A stretch of 64,000 nt of DNA. Source: Hyphochytrium catenoides (lineage: Eukaryota; Protista; Hyphochytriomycota). The DNA lies in NCBI GenBank assembly GCA_900088475.1, contig FLMG01002354.1:31208-95207 (forward strand), read 5' to 3'. The notes beneath the pieces were generated by a model. The model searched no databases. It saw only the letters and a program-made list of their open reading frames with translations, and was not told the origin of the DNA. Each line of letters begins with the position of its first letter. Positions within the stretch are counted from its first letter, which is position 1. The position numbers and the translations under genes were made by a program. Positions 1-10,502 of the stretch are shown piece after piece.

Positions 1-1
1 A

Positions 2-1501
2 TGGATGTTCTGGGTGTGCCTTTGGTGCTGCCTTATCATGATTGTTCTTGCCGTGGCCAATGCCTCAGATCTGGTGGTGTTTGTTACACGGTTTACCGCT
101 GAGGGCTTCGAGGTGCTGGTGGCTGTGACATACCTGACGGAAGCAGTGCGAGGCCTGGTACACATCTCTCAAGATGGGTCTCTTTCTAACCTTTTAGGGT
201 CATTGCTGCTGGCTGTGGCTGTGTTGTATGTCACGATGACGCTGCACGATGCTCGGACTTGGCCATATTTCTCTCCCGTCTTTAGGGAGCTACTGGCCAG
301 CTACGGCGTTACCTTGGCCGTGGTAGCAGCGACAGGACTTTCCTACATTCCAATGTTTACTGATGCGGACATCGTCAGGCTGAGCGTACCGTCCACCTAT
401 GACTGGCAGCCAACCGGTGGTCGAAGCTGGATTGTCCCTTTCTGGGATGTGGCCGTCGGTCCCATTATGGCGGCCATTGTCCCCGGAGCGCTGATGGCGG
501 TGCTCTACTTCTTTGATACTTCCGTCTCTGCTATTCTTACACAGCAGCATGAGTTTGGCTTGAAGAAGGGCCCCTCCTATCACTATGATCTCGTGATTCA
601 AGGGGTTCTAGTTCTCGTAGCTGGGCTACTGGGCCTTCCAGCGGTTAATGGGCTACTGCCACAGTCCCCGCTTCACGTTCGGGCCTTGGCCGACATCAAA
701 TACATTCACTTGCCCAATGGACAGAGAAAGGAAGTGTATACCTACGTTCATGAAACAAGACTGGCGGCAACACTGCATGCAGCGCTATTTTTTCTCACTC
801 TGGGGTTCATTCAAGTGCCGGCCACGATCCCGAAGGGCGTCTTCGTCGGGCTCTTTCTCTACTTGGGCTTCTCAACTTTTAGAGATAACAGCTTGGTAGA
901 CAGACTTAAACTGCTCCTGGTTGAGAAAGAGCTGAGGGCTGATCACTGGACGCTTTTAGAAGGAGTACCCTACGACGTGACTGTCAAGTTTACGCTCTGT
1001 CAAGCTTTCCTCGTTCTGGTAACCTATGTCGTTGGAGAGCACTCTGGGGCCGCAGGCGTCATCTTTCCCCTTTTGGTGGTTCTGATGATTCCTTTCAGAT
1101 GGCGTGTTCTCCCGCGATTTCTACCAGGGAACTACCTCGCAATCCTTGACGGCAGCTTTCTCGAACCCAGTAACAGGTCGGCCGCGGTCGCTGGCCCTTC
1201 ATCCCTATCGCCAACCCCTGCGGTACCTCCGCTGGAAGCAGAATTCTTATCTACAGATGCTCGTAATATCACCCATCATCAAGGTCAACATCACCATTCC
1301 GAAGCAAATGTTGGCCACATGAAAAGTCCAGCTCTACATGATGGTAACTTCAATCGAAGCCGATTAATATCGGGAGATTGGATTGAGCCTCTAATTGAGG
1401 CGGATTATCCTTCCTTAGCGGCAGGAGCTTCATGGAATAGTGGAGCAGGCATTATTCCTTCTCCTAAGGCAAAGATAGCGGTTAAGAAGAGCGCTGTGTG
1501 A
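2..1501 (+). CDS. Boron/bicarbonate transporter (SLC4/BOR1 family), 5'-truncated by the window
   Basis: Frame open from nt 2 (WMFWVCLW). Many TM helices. Motifs VTRFTAEGF, LYFFDTSVSA, LKKGPSYHYD, NGLLPQSPLHVRALA and VHETRL match the BOR1-type pattern (NGxxPQSPMH, YFDH). Confidence 0.9.
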   Translation, partial: WMFWVCLWCCLIMIVLAVANASDLVVFVTRFTAEGFEVLVAVTYLTEAVRGLVHISQDGSLSNLLGSLLLAVAVLYVTMTLHDARTWPYFSPVFRELLASYGVTLAVVAATGLSYIPMFTDADIVRLSVPSTYDWQPTGGRSWIVPFWDVAVGPIMAAIVPGALMAVLYFFDTSVSAILTQQHEFGLKKGPSYHYDLVIQGVLVLVAGLLGLPAVNGLLPQSPLHVRALADIKYIHLPNGQRKEVYTYVHETRLAATLHAALFFLTLGFIQVPATIPKGVFVGLFLYLGFSTFRDNSLVDRLKLLLVEKELRADHWTLLEGVPYDVTVKFTLCQAFLVLVTYVVGEHSGAAGVIFPLLVVLMIPFRWRVLPRFLPGNYLAILDGSFLEPSNRSAAVAGPSSLSPTPAVPPLEAEFLSTDARNITHHQGQHHHSEANVGHMKSPALHDGNFNRSRLISGDWIEPLIEADYPSLAAGASWNSGAGIIPSPKAKIAVKKSAV

Positions 1502-2641
1502 TCAGGATGTTGCGGAAAGCAGCAGCCCTCTCACAAACGCTAGATGACCACTGACAGTGGTAAAGCAGTCCCTTTAAACTGGTCCAAGCGTGCCGCCACA
1601 CACAGAGGTCTGGACAAGGTTGGGCAGGAGATGTGCGTTAATCAGTGATTAAGTTGACAGCACAGTTGCAGCGGCTCTGAAAGGGCCATTGTTGTCCAGG
1701 AATGGTCTCCCTGATTATGGGCTACTGCGCTACAGATATCTTATTAGTGAAGAGCTACCCTTTTTTTGAGCTACTTAGCTGGTGCTTCTGACACCGCCTA
1801 CGGATAGGTATTTGTTTCCCTTCCATGTACGAACGATTGAGGCCAACGGCTGCCTTGCGCCTTATGACGTGTAACGAGTGAAATTGTACCTAAGCTCGTG
1901 CCGATCTTGAGGATTGACATTAGAAGGGAATGGCGGTGCACACCCGTAGAAGCATGAGATAGTTTGAATCTGGTGTCTGTTTACCCTTCACCCAGTATTC
2001 CTTTCCTCCGGCTCTCGTCCTTCCATCAGTGGATGGCGGTAGTAGGAGAATGCTATTGTTCGAATGTGCCCTGTCCCTGTCGTGACGAGCTGCGGGTGAG
2101 ATTCCTACTCTGCAGCTCTACGAAGCCGATCCAAAGCGGTTCATCGCCACTTCTTCAGTCTTCTCGATGTTGTCAGCGCAAGTCAGAACCTCTTTGAACC
2201 CTGTCACAGAACTAAATCTGTAAAATTGACTTCAATAATTTGCAGCGGATTCTCACCTTGAGAATTTACTTGCAGAACCTCTTTAGTATTCTCACCCCAT
2301 CGATTCAGCACAGACATGTGAATTATACTCGAGGGAGTGAAATAAGCTAACGGAAAGACAAGATTGTTAAAAATTGTGAAAAGCATGGTGTTGAGTGTGA
2401 AAAATGAGAGTTGATGAGGAGGGAGGAAGTGCATCCTCAAGGGATCCAGGAGATGGCGCCAGCTGTCAGTAGAAGAGAAGTGAAGAGCTCCGGTGGCAAT
2501 AGAGCAGTTAAAGGAAGTGAAGACCTCCTCTCAGTCAGAAAGCAGTATACGGCTCGGTAAGGCGGGGCAATAACTACAAGCACCGCCCAAGGGAATAGAT
2601 ACCGGAGCCAATATAATCGACAGGCCACGGGAGAGAAAAGA

Positions 2642-3418
2642 ATGGCTCTAAGAGGCACACGCGCCGTCTTGCAGACCCAGCTTGGGTTCAGCCGGAGCAG
2701 CGCTCCAGCACTGGCTTTCCAGCTTCAGTCGAGAGGCGTGCATACTGAGAAGTAAGAGGCTTTTCTTCCTCCTTGTCATCTTCCAATGACATGGATGCTC
2801 ATATCCTGCTGTCAACCGTTATGTAAGGAAAATTGAGGAGCTAGGCTTCAAACTGCCTGTTCCAGCCAAGCCTCAGGGCAACTATATTTCTTGCGTCAAG
2901 AGCGGCAAAATGGTATTCACTGGTAGGTTGCTCTCGTTGTCGCTTGTCTCTGGTTCTCTTAACTGTTTCTACTATGACACAGCTGGCCATCTGCCGCAAC
3001 CCGCTGGTGGTGAGATCCTCACAGGCAAGGTTGGCGCTGATGTTTCCACTGAGCAGGCGTACAAGGCTGCCCAGTACTGTGCCCTAAGCATTCTAGCCAC
3101 CCTTAAAGGTATTAGAACTGTGTCCTCTTGGCATTCAGTCTGCTGCTTGGCTCTAACCTTACTCCTATTGACCTTACTTCGCTTTCGCCAGGAGAGCTTG
3201 GTGACCTTGACCGAGTGAAGCGCGTAGTCAAGGTTGTCGGCTTTGTGAACTGTGTGGATGGGTTCAAGGACCAGCCTAAGGTCATTAACGGTGCTTCAGA
3301 TGTCTTCGGCAAAGTATTCTCTGGCGAAGTGGGCAAGCACGCCCGCTCGGCAGTGGGAACCAATGCCCTGCCTCTGAATGTCCCTGTGGAGGTGGAGGCA
3401 ATCGTAGAGTTTGAATGA
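2642..3418 (+). CDS. Rid/YjgF/YER057c/UK114 family protein (Rid1-like) with N-terminal mitochondrial-type presequence; 4 exons
   Basis: Spliced product MALRGTRAVLQTQLGFSRSS...KIEELGFKLP..P.GNY...AGHLP...GKVG...ELGDLDRVKRVVKVVGFVN...NGASD...GKHARSAVGTNALPLNVPVEVEAIVE. Intron phases are consistent, e.g. intron 1 at 2752-2827. Confidence 0.9.
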
Positions 3419-3689
3419 ACTACTGCACAACGCTCTCTTTGATTGTGATACTCCTATCGTTATTGCTATCCTATACGGTCCAACAACTGTCAACATCCCT
3501 ATAAGAATAGTAGACTTTTTTTAGAGCCGCATTAAGTTTCATTCCGTCTCCTATAAGCACCTTGTATGGGCGTACACGGAAAAGGGCCATATCATCTATA
3601 TCGTTCAACGTGGGCAGCATCACTAGTAGGGTGGCCGCGTCCCTCCCTCACAGCTTCCATCTCTTGTTCTTCTACTTCAGCCTACCAGA

Positions 3690-3883
3690 CAACTGAGGTG
3701 GAATAAGCTCATGAATGTCACCCAAGCAAGTGAGGTCAATTCTCTGTGGAGCTTGTAAAGCTCGCTCAAGCAACGAGGTCTGGTCTTGGTGAAGCTTCAA
3801 GAATGTGACTAATAAAGCATCTGAGGCTTTGTGAAGCTCGCTCAAGCAACTGAGGTCAAGTCTCTGTGAAGCTGTGAAGCTCC
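3690..3883. repeat. Degenerate minisatellite, about 5 units of AAGCAACTGAGGTC...GTGAAGCTC (29-47 nt)
   Basis: Units start at about 3690, 3724, 3768, 3815 and 3844. AAGCTCGCTCAAGCAAC occurs twice exactly. Confidence 0.7.
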
Positions 3884-4274
3884 ATATTCATCATACACAG
3901 AGCATACACTGTGCAATCGGGACACTAGCTGCAGTACCCTATAGTGGCTTTGCATTTTCCCTTCTTTAAAAGGGTCAGCCGCGACAAAAAATCATCTCGA
4001 TGATCTATCTGAGCCATAAAATCTTCTTGAGCTGGGACTAAGAGAGACTTTTCAAGGTCATCAGCCATTGCTGCTGCTTGTTGCATGGGCAAACTGAGAG
4101 TCAAGGACTGTGCCTCTCGTCATCCTGCCTCAAAGTTGAAGCTTTGCTAGCTGTCAACTACATGCGCCGGTCATATGGGTACCAACGAGCAATAAGCCTC
4201 TGGGCCATTAGTGAGCCCAGAAAGATGTGACCTGCACATTCGATTAGATCCGCAATCACCCTTCTTCCAGAATC

Positions 4275-7200
4275 ATGGACGCCAAGGGTACTCAGGGCAT
4301 CCGGGCGCGGCTTAACTCCCAGCAGGAGGTGAAAGATGAGCACCAAATTGAGACTGATGCTGATGTAGGCAGAGTCTATGACAAGCTACTGAGAGGAGAC
4401 TGGCATCTGATTCGTCCTGAAGAACGCGTGGAGCCGTTCTTGCCCTATCTTGTGCTGCTCATGCTTTTGCGAGATGAAGCCCACATGGACGAGGAGGAAG
4501 AGGATGCTTCCCTCGCTGAACAGGCAGCAGGCTTGGACGCCCTTCTCGTCCGCCATCCTCAGGTAGCTTATGTCACTTTGCACTCTGTCACCTTCAAGCG
4601 ACGGCCTACTTAACATTATTACTCCCGACTGCAAGCCTTTCCGCGGTCGCTTCCTTCTCTCCCCTTTGCAGCTTCTGGCTCTTGCTCGTTTGCGATGAAC
4701 ACCTAGCATGTCGACCCTCATCTTTGCGCCTCTTCCTCGACTAATCACCTTCTATTACGTCCCTCCAAGGTCAACAAGGTCCAAGAATACCTTACATTCG
4801 AGGCCAGGACAGCTGTCAGGTCCATACTAGAAGGCAATACTCCCTCGAATGTTCCCTTGTCAGCCTCCTGGCACTCTGTAGAGGTCTTTCCTAGCCTTTC
4901 AGCGATAGAAAAGCTCAAGAATGTCACTTCAGAGATACAACGGCTCTTACAGATAATCTCATCCCAGGAAAGCGAGGTGCCAGACCTAAAACAAAGTCTC
5001 CGCGAAGTCTCTCTGTCCCCGCTCTTGACGACCTTCATCTTCGAAGAGTTGCAAATCCTTCTCCCTGCAATCTACTTTGCAAAGGGCGAGCCTTCGTTTC
5101 TCCGTCATCTCGTGCAGCTCTGCTTTATCATGGATGACTCCAATCGTCTGCTTGTCTCTCTCTTGCTAAATTGTCCTCAAGAGCGAGCGGAGGTAGTGGA
5201 GAAGGTGTTAGAAGAGGTTAAGCACTGTCAGAGACTGTCAGGGTACCATTTCCTGGGATCTCGAGGAACTGAGTTCTTCTTCACCGTAGCCAAGATCTCT
5301 CCCAACTCTGCTTCATTCCTCAGAGCCATGCTGGTGCGGACGAAGCAGCTGCCCGACCTAATAGTCAAAATAACGGTAGAGGTGCTGGGAGATGAAGTTT
5401 CATTCTTGGAAGAAGTTTTAGCGGACGTCCAAACAAAGGGAGATTCAAATAACAAAGTGGCGGCTCATTGGCTCCTTTCTCGCCTGGCTTCTAAGACCAA
5501 GGAGGAGAAGGGTGACGTTGACCTCTCGAAGAAGCTTTTGTCATCTCTTTCAGCTGCGGAAACGACGAGCGGGAATCTTGGGGACATAGTGAGGAGGCTC
5601 AGGTTTCTAGCAATACTCTACGGGCTCCTAGGGAAGACCTGCACTGAAGCTGAAGCGAAGAGTATTTGCCAGATCGTCGGGCAACTTTGCAAGCTCAAAG
5701 GAAACGCCACTTCCTCTTCTTCTTTTTCAAGCCCTACTACCGCGCTATTCCAGACGGCTTTCGCCCTGGTAATAATCTCAACGGCATGCAGGTTGCAGTC
5801 CAACAATGCACCGGACATGACTTACTATTCAATCGTGGATGCTACCCTTAGGTATGTTAGTTACAAGCATCCAGTGTTGCCTATCGCAATTATCTTAGGG
5901 ACTTTCTACGACTACACTCTCTTTCTCCCTCGTCATTGAAGCCGAACCACCTGCTCTCTCTGACCTGGAAGCTGCTACTGTTGAACCAATGTTACTTACG
6001 GCTTTGGTCCGAGTCTTTCTGTTGTCTATCGGCACGGATTATCGTCAGTGGGGAGTTATCGGCCCAGTTATAACATTGCTGTTTTTCAGAGCGTTATTCA
6101 ACACGGGTTCCATTCGCGGCTGCATGCTGGTGGTGGCCCTCTACTTTCATTACGGGCAATTACTTCTAGTGTTTAATCTTTTGGGAACAGCTGTCCAAGC
6201 TCGACTGGAGCACCTCAGTCCTGACGGTATAGATTGACAAGAATCCTGCTTCGTTAAACGACCTGCGTCTCTGCTCTTGAACTGGAACCTCTTCCAAAAT
6301 GGGTAAACCCATCTATCACGTCATGGGTTCAGCCTCCATCTGATTGCCATATTATTCTTTCCTCTGCTTCACGGTCCTCTTAAGCCGAAGCAATGCCTGT
6401 CCAGAAGTTCCGTCCCTCAATGATCATTTGCCACTGTTGCACCACCTTCTCTTCTTATTGTACCCCTCGTTTGTAGCCCTTCAACGTGTTGGGGATGTTC
6501 TGTACAAGCCTCTATTCACAGAAGGCGTAATCGTCAGAGAGGCGGCATCTCTTCCAGGCGTGGCTGGTAGCAGCAGGCTTGGAGAGCACGAGTTGGATGG
6601 GGAGGACGAGATTCTAGAGGCAGAGGCAACCGTCACCGTGGTCTATCTGCTCCTGAAGGAGAAGATTTTTGTAAAGAATAAGGCACGATACCTCGTATTT
6701 GTCTCCCTCCCTCTGGATCGATTATGTTATAATCTCTTGCTGCCTGCCTCCAGCTCGTGTCTTTCTTTATCTATATCCACCGAACTAAAATGTCTCAGGA
6801 AGACTGTGCATTCCCCTAAACTTGCCACTCCTTTCGCATTCCCAGGTTGACTGCAGCGGTTATATTTTGCGGCAGCTCCAAGCTTCCTCGCCACCATCAC
6901 ATCCTCTAGTTCCGGAGCTACTGCTTTTATATGCCGATGCTTGCGGAGTGGAGGCCTCAGCTAGAGCGAAAGCTAAGCCGGTAAAGGCTATCTTTATGGT
7001 CTCCTTCCTCCGCTCCACCTTTGTCTGAAGGTGTTGCTCATTTGAAGTCCGTTCCTTCCTTCCGTTCAATTGAAGCTTATTGCATAGTCTTGAAGGTCTT
7101 GGATGTGGTCTGCCTCATGAACTTATTTGCTTTGGCTCCTTGTTGATGATCAGGCGGAGCCTGTTATGAATGCAATCCCTGAAGGCAGCGTGAAGACTAT

Positions 7201-10104
7201 TGTGAGTTCTCTCTCTTCCCTTTTGATCATGATGGAAGATGAAGAGAACGAGAGCTTTAGAACGAGCTATTGCGCTGACGCGCAAGAAAGGTCCAAGAGA
7301 AGGCGGAAAGAGTTATATCAAGGCTCTTTGGTTGTCCTCTTTGTCCTTAAGTATTGTCAGGCCGCAGGACTGATAGGCGTTTTAAAGCTGCCTCCACAAA
7401 CAGGATCGAAGGGGATTGTGGCCTATGATCTCTTTTCTTTGCCTGTCAATCTCCTTCTTCGGCGCCTTCGTTCTCCTCTCCTTGAGAAAAACAGATTCTC
7501 ATGTCTAGAGGAACATATTTTCAAGTTAGCTGCAGAAACGTGTCCGTCTCTTTTCCAGGATTTTGAGTCCATTATTAGCTGTGGTGTCACACCTGCGACG
7601 ACTTCTTCGAAGAGAATAGCAGCTGGCACTCTCTTGGAGGTTATCGTCCAGAGTAATTCCAATAGCGATTGGAAAGAGAAAGTGACGAGAGTTTTCTCTC
7701 TCACTACAACCTCCGTTTCCTCACGCGATCGGACGGCTAGGATTCTGGTGTTGAAGGAAGCAGTCAATGCGCCATTACTCCGGGCAAACCAAGTACTGGA
7801 AATTGCGCTCGAATTTCTGTCAGATGCTCTTGAAGTGGATAGAGAGGAGGAGCTGTGCGGCCTGGCTGAGGCAATACAAATGCTTTGGAAGCGGGTCATT
7901 CCTTTGCATCCCTCGCCCTCCGTTTTGAGACTAAGGTTGGCAAGTGCTCTATGTCAATTGCCGTTCGAGAAGGATAAAACCTTCAGAGAAGTTGTTATGG
8001 TAAGTAAGGCTCAAGAAAGCCCGGCGGTCAGCGGATAAGGGGAAAGCAGGGAGTCATCAGAGCGTGCGCGATTGGTAGTTAGAGGCTAGAGGCATCGACG
8101 AAGAAAGGTGTGGAACGCTTTTTTAGCAAGAGAGAGAGAGAGAGGGACAAGTTGCTTATTTTGGCCTATTACGTCCCCAGTGTCTGCTTTGAGAGCGGGA
8201 GATCAAAGATTCTTCAAGTTAGATGAAACAGAACCAACACGAAGACAGAACATTTTGACATAAACTGAGGACGGAGGAGAGGGAGGATTAAGCTAACATC
8301 GTTTTCTTCGACCTAATATCGCGGCATTATGTAGGACCCTAGCCAACTCCTCAGCTGCTCCCATGTGGTGCTTCGCAATCCGAGACTATTGGAGCTACTG
8401 CTCTCGGTGCTGCATTTCTTCATTTTTGAGGCAAGACACTGGCACCAGGGATTGGTAAGGGAGCAGAGGTAGAAGAAGGGCAAGGACAAGACAGATTGCC
8501 TTTGATGTGCCTCTTAGTACTTCATTCGATAATTGCCCGAGACTTCCATAGTGTCAACTAATTTACACTGCATATGTAGGCAAGAGCCCTGGAATCGTCA
8601 ACTGATAAGGCTGCTGAGGGTGGGCAGGGCAATAATGCGGATCCGGCAGAGGCTTCGCCGGCATCTTCACTTCCATTGCTCCAGGAAAGTCTGATCATCC
8701 ATGGTCTCATAGAGCTCTGTGAAGGGCCAAGAAGGACGGAGACCGACCCGACAGAAGAACTACAGAAGGGTGAGGAGTTACTGTCGGAGGAGCTGCGGTT
8801 AGAAGCCATTCGGGATGTCGTTTGCAGATTCTTGGGACGGCTCTTTGTAGAGAACCCAACCGTGATGAAGCTAGTCCACTTCCAGGTAGGAGTTGTCGCT
8901 CCTCTGTCTAGGGCTTACCAAGCCTTCCGTGGGGTTCAATCTGATCACAACATTTTGCGACTTCTGGTCTGCCCTCCTCTTCTCCAAGTTTGCTGTTAGA
9001 GCTCATTTGTATACTTTAGTTTGTACGTGTGCTGAGAATCGCTCTTTCTAATCTCAGGGTTATGACCGAAGCCTGCTACCAGTCTTGCTGCGGGGAATCC
9101 CTACCTTGCAGAGGCTTGGCCCTTTGCTTTCTGACTTCCTTCTTGGTCCCTCCGAACTAGAGTAGGTCCTCGTTATCTGGGAACACCTCCCTTTGGCCCA
9201 CACAGAAATGTCCTGTTGCGGGTTTCCTGCTCTTCTCATGGCCTAGCATGAGCATATGCACTATATCGCAATCCTGATCTGACTCTATTTTTGTAAGCAG
9301 CCTTATGGTTGTGACCGCTCCACGACTCACGCGGATTCAGTGTATCCTGATCATCGCTGACAAAGCCTTTCTTTTCTTTTGTGACTGTTCGCCTCTTTGA
9401 AAAAGCTTGGTCAGCAGTAGCTTTGTCACTAGACCTGCCTTAGCTCTGGTCTCTCTCTTTCATCTTTCACCTTGTCCTTACACTTGTGGGACAGGAATCT
9501 CAGGTGACCCTCGTCTGCTCCTTCATTCGTCTATGTAGGGAGGAACAACTTCTCTTTCAGTTGACCTTCATTGCGGAGTTTGTCACCAGATATCCGGAGG
9601 CTACGTTCAAGAAGCACGCAAAGGCTGTTATTCGGATTCTGCGAACTTATTGCACCGAAGTTCTCAGGTATAGCCGATGCTGAAAGGGGCTAGTGAAGGG
9701 GTTACGCCGAGAGAACTAAAAGGCGGGCCAAGGGATCGTCCAATGATATGTCTGACTGGGACAATGCCAGTCATATTCAATATCGGAAGATGACATCTGG
9801 AGAGGAAATGAGGGCCAACGACTAGAGAGCTGAAAGCGCTGACCCATACTCCTGCTCCTCTTTTCTTAGTGGCGATTGTCGCTCCACATCCAGACCGCGG
9901 TACTTCCTGTTGCAGTCCCTGCCATCTCTCCCCCCTATTTGTCACGCCTACCCTGACTTGAGCACAATTACTGTGGAGCTACTCCTAGAATTTAAACCGG
10001 GAGGTATGTTTGAGGCGCTGGTGCCAGCATCTGAAGAGGATTCGCTACAGAGAAAGGTTTTAGAGACCTTTAAAGCCCTTGTCCAGGGGCAGTTCATGCT
10101 GTAG
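4275..10104 (+). CDS. INTS2: Integrator complex subunit 2, multi-exon
   Basis: N-terminal EPFLPYLVLL...HPQ|VNKVQEYL. Middle IFVKNK|VDCSGYILRQL..S.P.HPLVPELL. C-terminal VCRFLGRLFVENPTVMKLVHFQ|GYDRSLLPVLLRGIPTL and RYFLLQSLPSLPPICHAYP parallel INTS2 (KLVHFQGY...GIPS; R..F.P.LPSL...C.AFP). Confidence 0.85.
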
Positions 10105-10502
10105 GATGGGTGGAGGGCCAAGGAACAGAAGCCGACACCGTCTGGCTGTAAGCTATCCCTCGCCAACCGTATCCCGAAGCGCTTCAACTGCCGAGATTCG
10201 CAGCTCCAGCAAACCTAGAAGCCCTTCTATGGGGGGGGTGTGAGTGTTCACGCCCAAAGGCCTTATCAAGCACTGGTAAACATCAGTGAAGGCTTTTCTT
10301 CTCTATCGCTGCCACGGTTTGACTCTTTTGGGGTGGAAGCGTTCGTAACCCCAGGAGATATTAAAACGGTTTAGACCGCAGGAGATTCCAGGGCTACCAA
10401 GAGTAGAATAACCGCTGCAGGCCTCTAATTTATTCATTTTAGATCATCCTTGTGTCCTTTGAGAGGCCTCGTGCACGGCACTAAGCTCTAGCTAACCAAA
10501 AG

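Noticed and set aside
2-1501. Intronless transporter segment as a retrogene
   Set aside because: Other genes here have exons of 1.6-4 kb, the 5' end is outside the window, and no poly(A) remnant is seen.
3690-3883. Repeat units with variable inserts as a CRISPR-like array
   Set aside because: Repeats are degenerate, inserts are short and partly repeated, no cas genes are present, and the context is eukaryotic.
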